Virus record (IMG/VR): IMGVR_UViG_3300044513_002231
Location: 1-26,126 of that record
Direction: 5' to 3' (one strand)
From: a virus
Taxonomy: Duplodnaviria; Caudoviricetes
DNA length: 26,126 nucleotides
This document shows positions 1 through 8,699 of this stretch, piece after piece; positions within the stretch are counted from its first letter, which is position 1; every line of letters begins with the position of its first letter. The notes under the pieces were generated by a model that was not told the origin of the DNA, searched no databases, and saw nothing but the letters and a program-made list of their open reading frames with translations. The position numbers and the translations under genes are program-made.

Positions 1-342
1 TCTACCATTATTCACCTCAGCAAGAAAAAGGAAAAAGACGGAACTGAAATCGTCGGAAACCTTATCAAGGCAAAGACTGCTAAGTCACGTTTAAGTAAGG
101 AGAACCAAGATGTTACGGTACGTTTGTTTTACGATGAGCGTGGTCTTGATCGTTACTATGGTCTTCTTGAACTCGGTGAACTGGGCGGTCTCTGGAAGAA
201 CGTCGCTGGACGATATGAGATTGATGGCAAAAAAGTATATGCCAAACAAATTCTTAAAGAACCCGAAGTATATTTCACCGAAGAGGTGATGGAAAAACTA
301 GACGTTATTGCTAAAAAACATTATTCTTATGGAACGAATTGA
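1..342 (+). CDS. uvsX: UvsX RecA-like recombinase, C-terminal part (5' truncated by window)
   Basis: Frame 1 is open from base 1 (STIIHLSKKKEKDGTEIVGNLIKAKTAKSRLSKEN...FYDERGLDRYYGLLELGE). This is a typical T4-like UvsX C-terminus, directly upstream of gp41. Confidence 0.9.
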   Translation, partial: STIIHLSKKKEKDGTEIVGNLIKAKTAKSRLSKENQDVTVRLFYDERGLDRYYGLLELGELGGLWKNVAGRYEIDGKKVYAKQILKEPEVYFTEEVMEKLDVIAKKHYSYGTN

Positions 343-1705
343 GTCAACTATCCTGCGAAACCTTGTTTTCAATGAAGAGTACTCTCGCAAAGTAATTCCG
401 TTTATTGAACCAGATTATTTCGAACAAAGAACTGAAAAGATTATCTTTCAGGAGATTGTTGAGTTTATTGTGAATTATGGTAATGCTATTACACCAGAAG
501 CATTATCTATTGAGATGGAGAATCGAACAGATCTCTCAGAGACTGAAGTTAAAGAGTCTCGGGAGATTATTTCAAATCTTTCAGATTTTCCTGCAGATAA
601 GCAGTGGTTGTTAGACACCACTGAAAAGTGGTGTCGAGATAGGGCAATTTATCTTGCCCTTATGGAATCTATTGGCATTGCTGATGGACAGGATCAGAAG
701 AAAAATCGCGATGCGATTCCATCTATTCTTTCTGATGCACTTGCAGTTTCTTTTGACAATCATATTGGTCATGATTATCTGAATGATTATGAAGCACGTT
801 ATGAAGCGTATCACAGAAAGGAAGATCGTATCCCGTTTGATCTGGAATATTTTAACAAAATTACGAAAGGCGGTCTTCCTAATAAGACTCTTAACATCGC
901 TCTTGCTGGGACAGGTGTTGGTAAGTCTCTTTTCATGTGTCATATGGCTAGCTCCGTGCTGCTTAACGGACGTAACGTGCTTTACATTACAATGGAGATG
1001 GCAGAGGAGAAAATTGCTGAACGTATTGATGCAAACTTGCTCAACGTACCCATCCAAGATCTTGCTGATCTTCCTAGGTCTTCGTTTGAAAACAAGGTAA
1101 CCAATCTTGCAAAGAAAACTCAGGGTTCTCTTATAATTAAAGAGTACCCAACTGCAAGTGCTCATAGTGGACACTTTAAGGCACTTCTTAATGAACTTGC
1201 ACTTAAGAAGTCATTTAGACCTGATATTATTTTCATTGATTACCTTAATATATGTGCTTCCTCCCGATATCGCCAAGGAGGCTCTATCAATTCATATAGC
1301 TATATTAAATCTATTGCAGAGGAGCTTAGAGGGTTGGCTGTCGAAGCCGAGGTCCCTATCGTATCTGCCACCCAGACCACTCGTTCTGGTTACGGTAGCA
1401 GTGATGTCGACCTTACTGACACTAGTGAATCCTTTGGTCTCCCTGCTACTGCTGATCTTATGTTTGCCCTTATTAGCACCGAAGAACTTGAATCCCTAGG
1501 TCAAATCATGGTGAAACAACTTAAGAACCGATACAACGATATCTCAGTTTATAAACGATTCATTGTGGGTATTGACAGAGCAAAGATGCGATTGTATGAT
1601 TGTGAACAAACAGCACAAAATGATATTCTAGATTCTGGTCAAGATGAAGAATATAAATATGGTGAAGAAAAACCAAAAAAATCTTTTGAGGGGTTTAAAT
1701 TTTAA
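329..1705 (+). CDS. gp41: DnaB-like replicative helicase (T4 gp41 family)
   Basis: Walker A AGTGVGKS, Walker B IFIDY, SESFGLPATAD and KQLKNRY motifs. ATG at 329 (MERIE) is preferred over the track start at 308. Confidence 0.96.
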   Translation: MERIESTILRNLVFNEEYSRKVIPFIEPDYFEQRTEKIIFQEIVEFIVNYGNAITPEALSIEMENRTDLSETEVKESREIISNLSDFPADKQWLLDTTEKWCRDRAIYLALMESIGIADGQDQKKNRDAIPSILSDALAVSFDNHIGHDYLNDYEARYEAYHRKEDRIPFDLEYFNKITKGGLPNKTLNIALAGTGVGKSLFMCHMASSVLLNGRNVLYITMEMAEEKIAERIDANLLNVPIQDLADLPRSSFENKVTNLAKKTQGSLIIKEYPTASAHSGHFKALLNELALKKSFRPDIIFIDYLNICASSRYRQGGSINSYSYIKSIAEELRGLAVEAEVPIVSATQTTRSGYGSSDVDLTDTSESFGLPATADLMFALISTEELESLGQIMVKQLKNRYNDISVYKRFIVGIDRAKMRLYDCEQTAQNDILDSGQDEEYKYGEEKPKKSFEGFKF

Positions 1706-1707
1706 GT

Positions 1708-2262
1708 ATGGAACACATTTATAAGGAAGAGCAATTTGGTGAAGATTGGTTTACATATCCAACCGTCTATGAGTCTGTAGTAGATATTTTTCCTGATGGG
1801 AGTAAATTTGTTGAGGTTGGATCTTGGAAAGGAAAGTCTTCTGCTTTTATGGCAGTTGAAATTGCAAACTCGGGAAAGAAAATTGAATTCTATTGTGTTG
1901 ATCATTGGTTAGGTGGACCAGATCATAAAGGATGGGATATTCTTCCAAAATTATATGATATTTGGAAGACCAATATGGAACCATTAAAAGATTATTTTAT
2001 TGAAATGAAAATGAGTTCCATTGAGGCATCTAAAAAATTTGATGATGAATCCCTGGATTTTGTTTTCATTGATGCTTCACATGAATATGAAGATGTTAAA
2101 TCTGATATTAAAGCATGGATGCCAAAAGTAAAAGTTGGTGGAATAATTGCTGGACATGATTATGAGGAATATTTTCCTACAGTTCAAAAGGCAGTTAATG
2201 AAGTTTTAGGTGGAAAGGAATTTAATGTATACCAAAAATGTTGGATCCATAAGAAAAAATGA
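1708..2262 (+). CDS. Class I SAM-dependent methyltransferase (Methyltransf_24-like)
   Basis: FVEVGSWKGKS motif I, plus DFVFIDASHEY and GGIIAGHDY motifs. Confidence 0.85.
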   Translation: MEHIYKEEQFGEDWFTYPTVYESVVDIFPDGSKFVEVGSWKGKSSAFMAVEIANSGKKIEFYCVDHWLGGPDHKGWDILPKLYDIWKTNMEPLKDYFIEMKMSSIEASKKFDDESLDFVFIDASHEYEDVKSDIKAWMPKVKVGGIIAGHDYEEYFPTVQKAVNEVLGGKEFNVYQKCWIHKKK

Positions 2263-2537
2263 ACGGTTATTATTCAGTATTTAATCCAACCAAAAAGAAA
2301 ATTGCCGATTGTGGCGGAGAAAGAGATGCTCTTTTTCTTGTTCATACTAGGAATGCAATTTGGGATGGTCATTACTATCAATTTACTCCTCTCCCAGGGG
2401 AAATTGTCAATATAAATTCAAAAAAAGAATTTGCTGGAAACTATGAGGGTCCATTGTATGCACAACATCCAGAATTGGCTGGATGGAAAAAGTTAGAATT
2501 GCCAGAATCAAGTCTTCAAAAGATTGTAATTGACTAA
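2259..2537 (+). CDS. Hypothetical protein
   Basis: ATGA/TAA overlap with the upstream gene; 92 aa in operon context. Confidence 0.7.
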   Translation: MNGYYSVFNPTKKKIADCGGERDALFLVHTRNAIWDGHYYQFTPLPGEIVNINSKKEFAGNYEGPLYAQHPELAGWKKLELPESSLQKIVID

Positions 2538-2558
2538 AGGCAATTTTTATTGTAAAAT
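2530..2558 (+). promoter_or_regulatory. Sigma70-type (early) promoter for mazG
   Basis: TTGACT-N17-TAAAAT. Confidence 0.65.
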
Positions 2559-2582
2559 AAACACACACAAAATTTTTCTTTA

Positions 2583-2993
2583 ATGACTAAGCATATTGAT
2601 TTTGAACGGTATCAGAAGTTTGTAGATGCTGTAACTTCTGATGCATCTACTGATTTTGTTGCTCTTTCTGACCGTCTTGTGGAACTAGATGAAAAGGGAG
2701 CAAACATTGAACGTCTTCTCACTGCTGGTGTTGGTATCAATGCTGAGGGTGGTGAGTTCCTTGAGATCATCAAGAAGATGGTGTTTCAAGGCAAACCCTG
2801 GAATGATGACAACCGTGAGCACCTGATTATTGAGTTGGGTGACTTGATGTGGTATGCTGCTCAGGCATGTATGGCACTCGGCGTTTCATTCGATGATGTA
2901 ATTGCCACTAACGTTAAGAAGCTTGAGAAGCGTTATCCAGGTGGTTCTTTTGATGTATACTATTCTGAGAATCGCGCCGAGGATGACCGATGA
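2583..2993 (+). CDS. mazG: MazG-like nucleoside triphosphate pyrophosphohydrolase
   Basis: GINAEGGEFLEIIKK and ELGDLMWY acidic motifs, and NVKKLEKRYP. Usual cyanophage position after gp41. Confidence 0.93.
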   Translation: MTKHIDFERYQKFVDAVTSDASTDFVALSDRLVELDEKGANIERLLTAGVGINAEGGEFLEIIKKMVFQGKPWNDDNREHLIIELGDLMWYAAQACMALGVSFDDVIATNVKKLEKRYPGGSFDVYYSENRAEDDR

Positions 2994-3226
2994 GTGAGCA
3001 TCCAGAAATTGCTGAACATGAATGGATTGATGATATCTTTCGTGTTTACAAAACCAAATATGGTCTGTGGCACAGCGCCACCAGAGAAGGTGAAGAACTA
3101 GTAACTGCCATGACTGAAGAGCAGTGTGTATCTGGCACCCGTTTCTATCTTAAAGGTAGACAAGAAGGGTGGTCGGAAGAAACTACTAGAGTTATGAATG
3201 ATGGAAAAGTTGGTGGAAAACTCTAA
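2990..3226 (+). CDS. Hypothetical phage protein
   Basis: ATGA overlap with mazG; 78 aa. Confidence 0.75.
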   Translation: MSEHPEIAEHEWIDDIFRVYKTKYGLWHSATREGEELVTAMTEEQCVSGTRFYLKGRQEGWSEETTRVMNDGKVGGKL

Positions 3227-3431
3227 AAAACAAGAGTATCGGTTTGGTGGACTTGACACTAACTCAATCAATGTGTTAAGATTGCTCAGTGAGTTAGAAG
3301 GATCTTACCAACTCCTCAAATATATGGGATTTGAGGAAGACATGAATGCAATAGATAGTATCAAACAACGATACTATAAGTTGTATTTTAAACTCAATAA
3401 AGAAGAACGCCACTCTAGCTCAGCTGGATAG
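3198..3431 (+). CDS. Hypothetical phage protein (stop codon lies within tRNA-Thr)
   Basis: 77-aa ORF filling the gap between the previous gene and the tRNA; start uncertain. Confidence 0.65.
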   Translation: MMEKLVENSKKQEYRFGGLDTNSINVLRLLSELEGSYQLLKYMGFEEDMNAIDSIKQRYYKLYFKLNKEERHSSSAG

Positions 3432-3482
3432 AGCAACGGTTTTGTAAACCGTAGGTCGTCGGTTCAAGTCCGACGAGTGGCT
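3409..3482 (+). tRNA. tRNA-Thr(TGT)
   Basis: Acceptor GCCACTC/GAGTGGC, anticodon arm ACGGT-TTTGTAA-ACCGT, T-loop TTCAAGT. Confidence 0.95.
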
Positions 3483-3621
3483 TTGATACTCGTTATGCAG
3501 ATAGCATAGAAGGAGATCAACTTCTACTACGGGTGTCGTCCGTAGGGTCGTAAGGGAAGAGGGGTCCAAACTCTAGTCCCGACAGGGGTTCGGCTCTACC
3601 CCTTTAACAAAAGGGCTGCCA
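3483..3621 (+). ncRNA. Candidate structured non-coding RNA between tRNA-Thr and tRNA-Ala
   Basis: GC-rich spacer made of back-to-back stems: TTGAT-A-CTC/GAG-ATCAA, CTACGGG/TCCGTAG, GGGA-AGAG/CTCT-AG-TCCC, AGGGGT/ACCCCT. Confidence 0.5.
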
Positions 3622-3694
3622 GGGGAATTAGCTCAGTTGGTAGAGCGCCTGCTTTGCAAGCAGGATGTCAGGAGTTCGAGTCTCCTATTCTCCA
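3622..3694 (+). tRNA. tRNA-Ala(TGC)
   Basis: Acceptor GGGGAAT/ATTCTCC with G3:U70; anticodon arm CCTGC-TTTGCAA-GCAGG. Confidence 0.96.
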
Positions 3695-3711
3695 TCCCGA
3701 AAGGGAAATAT

Positions 3712-3783
3712 TCCACAATAGCTCAGCGGTAGAGTCGGTGACTGTTAATCACTTGGTCCCTGGTTCGAATCCAGGTTGTGGAG
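3712..3783 (+). tRNA. tRNA-Asn(GTT)
   Basis: Acceptor TCCACAA/TTGTGGA, anticodon loop CTGTTAA, T arm CCTGG-TTCGAAT-CCAGG. Confidence 0.95.
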
Positions 3784-3786
3784 TAA

Positions 3787-3868
3787 GTCGATGTGGCGGA
3801 ATTGGTATACGCGCTGGGTTTAGGTTCCAGTGGAGCAATCCATGAAGGTTCAAGTCCTTTCATCGACA
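3787..3868 (+). tRNA. tRNA-Leu(TAG)
   Basis: Acceptor GTCGATG/CATCGAC, loop TTTAGGT, long variable arm TGGA-GCAA-TCCA. Confidence 0.95.
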
Positions 3869-3875
3869 CTAAATA
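3869..3875 (+). promoter_or_regulatory. T4-type late promoter (gp55-dependent) candidate
   Basis: CTAAATA 15 nt upstream of the ATG at 3891. Confidence 0.5.
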
Positions 3876-3890
3876 CTTAAAAAAAGTTTC

Positions 3891-5171
3891 ATGGCAGTTA
3901 GTATAACCGAAACTACCAAGGCACAAGTTGTTGAAATTATAAACTCTCTAGGGGACAGACAAATCTCAATTAGAGATATAAAAGGAAAGCAACCAGTTTA
4001 TATTACCGTTCAAACTGAGGGTGAACGTGATGATGCTAGAAGCAAAATTGGTGCTGCCTTAAAAAAATCTAAGTTTTCTATTGAGGAAAAAATGTCACCA
4101 AAGTCTGGTGAAAATGCAACTTATGTTAAGGGGAAGAATGTAGTTGTTGTATATAAAAATAAAAGAGGTGGTATGGCAGAAACCACACTCAATTCTTCTA
4201 TTACTGAACTTTTTCCTGCCATTGCATTTGAAAATAAAATACCTGCTACTTTAAATGAAGAACAGTTCTATGCCAGAGTTCAAAGTGCATATGATAAGAA
4301 CTCTAAAATTTTTGTTGGAAATGATTGGAAAGCAGGAAAAGGATTCATAGATCAAGCCATACATTCATCAAAGTTTAAGGAAAAGGTTCAAAACGCAAAG
4401 GGAGTTTTGAAATATCTCAAAGAGCAAAATGATGGTAAAAAAATATCTCAAGTGTACTGGGGATATAGAGCAAAACCACCAGGTGTAAATGCCAATCACC
4501 CTGGAGATATCTTTATTAAATATAATGATGGAAAAATGCTTGGAATTTCATTAAAAGCAGGTGGAGCATCTACAAGAGAACCTAAGTTGAATACTTATGT
4601 GAGAAAAACAATTTTCACTGCCTTTAATGATCCTCAAACTTATGAAAAGTGGCAGAAAGAATCATATGACACTTTCTATACGAAAGTTCCAAACATACCA
4701 TCATATGAACAGTATGGTAAACCAAGTATGGTTACTGCAGTTGCTGCTCTCGAAAGAAGCGACTCTGGATACTACAATGAATTATATGATGCTCAACTAG
4801 AGTGGTTGAGAGATAAGATGATAGAATATCTATCTAAAGATTGTAATAAAACAAAGCAATGGATGTTAACAGAAGTTGCTCATGTTGATTTGAAAGTCCC
4901 AACGGTTGTTGTTAAAGCAGTTCGTGATAATTGGGAAATCGTAAATGATGATGATATTGTAAAGGAATGTGTTCAAAGATCAAAATCTGGATGTAGAGGA
5001 ATAAAAGTTGAAAAGAGTACAACATCTAAACAAAGCATCATCATTACCTTGACATGCGATGATCATGATACTAAACTGGACTTTACTATGAGGACTAATC
5101 AAACAGGGAATAAGCATAAGTTGGGGCAGTTTATCAATTTGGCATTTAAATTTAATGGTGTTATCAAATGA
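3891..5171 (+). CDS. Hypothetical protein with possible PD-(D/E)XK nuclease fold
   Basis: 426-aa ORF with HPGDIFIKY...LGISLKAG, resembling the D...SxK variant of the PD-(D/E)XK active site. The fold call is inference. Confidence 0.6.
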   Translation: MAVSITETTKAQVVEIINSLGDRQISIRDIKGKQPVYITVQTEGERDDARSKIGAALKKSKFSIEEKMSPKSGENATYVKGKNVVVVYKNKRGGMAETTLNSSITELFPAIAFENKIPATLNEEQFYARVQSAYDKNSKIFVGNDWKAGKGFIDQAIHSSKFKEKVQNAKGVLKYLKEQNDGKKISQVYWGYRAKPPGVNANHPGDIFIKYNDGKMLGISLKAGGASTREPKLNTYVRKTIFTAFNDPQTYEKWQKESYDTFYTKVPNIPSYEQYGKPSMVTAVAALERSDSGYYNELYDAQLEWLRDKMIEYLSKDCNKTKQWMLTEVAHVDLKVPTVVVKAVRDNWEIVNDDDIVKECVQRSKSGCRGIKVEKSTTSKQSIIITLTCDDHDTKLDFTMRTNQTGNKHKLGQFINLAFKFNGVIK

Positions 5172-5392
5172 ATGAATTGATAGTTGAGTTGATTAAATCT
5201 TTTGAACCAAGTTCTAGAAAAAATAATTATACGTATGATGAATTTCTAGTACACATTTATAAAATTTACACTGGAAAGATGACCTTTTGTCGGTCTGAAA
5301 AGATAAAGAATAAATATATAAAGGAAAGAGATAGTATCTTAGAATACGTCATCAAAAATAAGAAAGCAATACTGAAGCAACTTACTAAATGA
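5168..5392 (+). CDS. Hypothetical protein
   Basis: Overlapping start/stop with both neighbours. Confidence 0.7.
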   Translation: MNELIVELIKSFEPSSRKNNYTYDEFLVHIYKIYTGKMTFCRSEKIKNKYIKERDSILEYVIKNKKAILKQLTK

Positions 5393-6603
5393 AAAGTTTT
5401 TTACAGTTCCTAAAAGAATCTACTGCAGTCCAACAAGCAACCAGAATGGGGTTGCAAGGCGATGGTCATGGAGGGTGGTATGATAAAAAAGGAGAATTTG
5501 TTGCCAAGACTGAGAAAGGTAGACTAAAATTTTTCAATAAAAGGCAGAGAGTTGGACAGCAGGATCCTCCACAGACTGATGGAGAAAAAAATCTTTCACA
5601 ACCAACTAACGAACCTGCACCACAGCAAGAACCTGCTGCAGAAAAACCAATTGAATTAGTTCCTCCAGAAGTTGAAAAGACAAAGGGCACACTCACCATT
5701 GCTTTTGGACGTTTCAATCCACCAACTACTGGTCATGAAAAACTTTTAGATACTGTGGCATCATCATCAGATGATGGTGATTATATTATTGTTCCTTCAC
5801 GCAGTCAAGATAAGAAAAAGAATCCTCTTGATCCTGATACTAAAGTCTCTATCATGAGGCAGATGTATCCAAATCATAGTGAGAAGATTATGAATGATCC
5901 AGCAAATCGCACTATCTTTGATGTGCTCAAAAAGGCGCATATGGATGGATATGCTGGTGTAAGAATTATTGGTGGTGGAGATAGAGTTAAAGAATTTGAA
6001 AACCTTTCTGGAAACTATAATGGAAAACTATATCAATTTGATACCTTAGAAGTTCGTTCTGCTGGCGATAGAGATCCTGATGCTGAAGATGATGTATCAG
6101 GAATGTCGGCATCAAAGCAAAGAAAGGCAGCAGCAGAAGGAGACTTTGCAGCATTCCGTAAGGGTGTTCCTGCTTCAATGAATGATAAGCAAGCAAGGGA
6201 ACTTTATAATACTCTTCGTGCCGCAATGCAGATCAAAGAAGGTTGGAATCTCTGGGAAATTGCTCCTAAGTTTGATTGGAAAAATCTTCGTGAGAATTAT
6301 ATTCGGGAAAAAATTTATAAGGTTGGACAAGTTGTTGAAAATCTAAACACTGGGTTAGTTGGTAGAATTATTCGTAGAGGTGCTAACCATCTTATTTGTG
6401 TCACTGAAGATAAGATTATGTTTAAATCTTGGATTAAAGATGTAAATGAGTCAGTGAGGAACAGTAAGTCTCCATCTGGAGTACCTGCGGACCAAAGATT
6501 GGTTGGTACAGATGCATTTAGAAAGTATACGGAAACTATGGTCCCCACTAATCCAGTTTCATGGGGACAGCAATTCATAAATAAATATAAGAAAAAGAAG
6601 TAG
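5389..6603 (+). CDS. Cytidylyltransferase-like (HIGH/CTP_transf_like) protein, probably virion-associated
   Basis: TIAFGRFNPPTTGHEKL (xxGH) and GMSAS (KMSKS-like) motifs. ATAAATA at 5310-5316 upstream. Confidence 0.85.
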   Translation: MKSFLQFLKESTAVQQATRMGLQGDGHGGWYDKKGEFVAKTEKGRLKFFNKRQRVGQQDPPQTDGEKNLSQPTNEPAPQQEPAAEKPIELVPPEVEKTKGTLTIAFGRFNPPTTGHEKLLDTVASSSDDGDYIIVPSRSQDKKKNPLDPDTKVSIMRQMYPNHSEKIMNDPANRTIFDVLKKAHMDGYAGVRIIGGGDRVKEFENLSGNYNGKLYQFDTLEVRSAGDRDPDAEDDVSGMSASKQRKAAAEGDFAAFRKGVPASMNDKQARELYNTLRAAMQIKEGWNLWEIAPKFDWKNLRENYIREKIYKVGQVVENLNTGLVGRIIRRGANHLICVTEDKIMFKSWIKDVNESVRNSKSPSGVPADQRLVGTDAFRKYTETMVPTNPVSWGQQFINKYKKKK

Positions 6604-6617
6604 TCTAATTTTTACCA

Positions 6618-7952
6618 ATGAGCGAAACACCACAGCACGGTAGTCACGCGCAAGGCGATGACAAACTTCAGAAGCAAGCGTCACAACTTGCTTATGATGT
6701 TAAGTATAAAGTAAAGCAAAAACTTGGAAAGGATTCTAAACTAAGTCCCGCTCAAGTTAGTAAAGCATATATGCAGCAACTTGCAGCATCTCCTGCTCCT
6801 GCGGGTGTAAAGGCACTTGCTAAGAAGAAATTGGTTGGAGAGGACCATACTTCTTATATGAAAGATGCTGCCAAAGATTTGGTTCTTGAGGCATTGACCA
6901 AAGTTTTCATTGAAGGTGTTAAGGAAGAAGAAGATATAGTTGTTAGCGAATCTGATGAAAAGACCTACAAAATTAAAGTTACTGATAAGGCAACTGGAAA
7001 TACCTATGTAAGAAATGCAACTCGTGCTAAGATTGCAGAACTTCGCGCCAATAAGAATATTTCATCCGTTGAAATGACTGGTTACGGAAAACCAATTGAT
7101 GCTGAAAAGAACAAAGGAAAGCAAACTGCAGCTGCTAAAGCAGGTAAAGATTATGATGGAGATGGTAAAGTAGAATCACCATCTAAGGAACATGCTGGTG
7201 CAGTCCATAACGCTATTCAACGCAAGAAGGGTGGAGTTCCTGATGGTAAAGACACCAGAAAAGAAGAAGTTATTTACGAAACTGAAGAGAAGGACGGTGA
7301 AAAAAAGATCACTGGTAAGGGTGTAAATAATGCAAAACTTATTAAGATTATGCCCAACCTTGGAGAGCAGATAGCAACTGAAGATCCAAAACAAAAACAA
7401 CTTAATCAACAAAAACTTTCTAATCTGAAGAGACTTCAGATGAAGAAGCAGCAACTAGAGCGTCAGAAGTTAAACCTTCAGAAGCAGGGTAAACTTCCTA
7501 TGGGTGAAGAGGCAAAGGTATGTGAGAAATGTGGTAAATCTCCATGTGAATGTAATACTGGTGATGAGAGAGCAAAACCAACTGAAATGTCTCTAATCAA
7601 AAACAAGATGAGAGCAAGAGGAATTCAAGTTGCTAGTTTGGATATTGCTCCAAGAAACATGAAGACTGCTGATGAACTTGGTGAAGCAAGAAATCCAGAA
7701 GTTGAAAAAAAGGGTAAAGAAGTTGCTGGTTATGAGAAGGCAGGTAAATATCAGGGTATAACTAGTAAGTTCCGTAAAGAACATCCTGGTTCACGTCAAG
7801 AACCAAAAGAAAAAGGTCGTAAACCAACCGAAGGAGAGTTAACTCAAGCACGTATTAAAAAGAGCAATCAACGTGTTGCTAAGCATGGATTCACTTCTAA
7901 AGAAAAGAGAGAATCTAAAGCAAGAGAGAAATACGATTCTGCGAGGGACTGA
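6618..7952 (+). CDS. Lys/Glu-rich putative internal head/virion protein
   Basis: 444 aa, low complexity, with a DYDGDGKVES loop and CEKCGKSPCEC. Tandem ATAAATA at 6577-6587 upstream. Confidence 0.65.
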   Translation: MSETPQHGSHAQGDDKLQKQASQLAYDVKYKVKQKLGKDSKLSPAQVSKAYMQQLAASPAPAGVKALAKKKLVGEDHTSYMKDAAKDLVLEALTKVFIEGVKEEEDIVVSESDEKTYKIKVTDKATGNTYVRNATRAKIAELRANKNISSVEMTGYGKPIDAEKNKGKQTAAAKAGKDYDGDGKVESPSKEHAGAVHNAIQRKKGGVPDGKDTRKEEVIYETEEKDGEKKITGKGVNNAKLIKIMPNLGEQIATEDPKQKQLNQQKLSNLKRLQMKKQQLERQKLNLQKQGKLPMGEEAKVCEKCGKSPCECNTGDERAKPTEMSLIKNKMRARGIQVASLDIAPRNMKTADELGEARNPEVEKKGKEVAGYEKAGKYQGITSKFRKEHPGSRQEPKEKGRKPTEGELTQARIKKSNQRVAKHGFTSKEKRESKAREKYDSARD

Positions 7953-7955
7953 TCA

Positions 7956-8471
7956 ATGCCAGCAATTTCTAGAGCACAACAACGCTTCTTTGGGATGGTT
8001 AGAGCGGCTCAGAAGGGGGAGATGGACTCTCCCTCGCCTGAGGTTGCCCAAGCTGCTTCCTCCATGTCCAAGTCTGATGTAAAGAAGTTTGCAAAGACTA
8101 AGCATGATAAACTTCCCGAAAAGAAGGAAGTAAAAGAGTCTGGTGATTACTGGCATCCAGATCCCAAAAAGGATGCTCAAATAAGTGGGCAGGGAAATAA
8201 GCAACGTGCTCGTGAGGATGGTGCTGGTTCATCTTCATCCAAACCTGCTGCATCTAAACCAGATCCAAAGAAATTGCGCCCTGGTGAGTCCTATATGGAT
8301 TATGCTAAACGCCAGAAAGGTGGGTCTTCTACTTCAAAACCAAAAGAGCGTAATCGTGATAAAATTGCACGTAAACTTGGGAATTTAGTTGACCGTATTG
8401 GTGGAATTAAAAAAGAAAGTTGGACTGGGGAGAAGAAGAAAACATTTAAGGAGTTTATTGCGTCTATATAG
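7956..8471 (+). CDS. Hypothetical virion protein (DUF3008-like N-terminus)
   Basis: MPAISRAQQRFFGMVRAAQKGE...FAKTKHDKLPEKK resembles DUF3008. Confidence 0.6.
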   Translation: MPAISRAQQRFFGMVRAAQKGEMDSPSPEVAQAASSMSKSDVKKFAKTKHDKLPEKKEVKESGDYWHPDPKKDAQISGQGNKQRAREDGAGSSSSKPAASKPDPKKLRPGESYMDYAKRQKGGSSTSKPKERNRDKIARKLGNLVDRIGGIKKESWTGEKKKTFKEFIASI

Positions 8472-8492
8472 AATAGAGTTTTTATTAAACCA

Positions 8493-8693
8493 ATGCTTGC
8501 CTTTCTTCTTCCATTAGCATCAAAGATTATTACTGATGCCGTTGCTAAGATTCCTGAAAATGAGGAACTTGGTGAAAAGTTGATTGAAGTTTGTTTAGTA
8601 ATCCTAGGTAAGGCAGTTAAACTGACTAAAACCGACATGGATGATAAACTTCTAGAAACAGTTGCAGCAGCAATTAGAAATCGCGAAGAGTGA
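8493..8693 (+). CDS. Small hypothetical protein
   Basis: 66-aa ORF followed by a terminator. Confidence 0.75.
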   Translation: MLAFLLPLASKIITDAVAKIPENEELGEKLIEVCLVILGKAVKLTKTDMDDKLLETVAAAIRNREE

Positions 8694-8699
8694 TTTTTT

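Noticed and set aside
3483-3621. Inter-tRNA spacer as a tRNA, theta/HDV-like, twister or hammerhead ribozyme
   Set aside because: There is no cloverleaf, no CUGANGA/GAAA core and no convincing HDV or twister topology by eye. It is kept as an unassigned RNA.
3654-3926. ORFs 3654..3845 (+) and 3723..3926 (-)
   Set aside because: They are translations of the tRNA-Ala/Asn/Leu genes.
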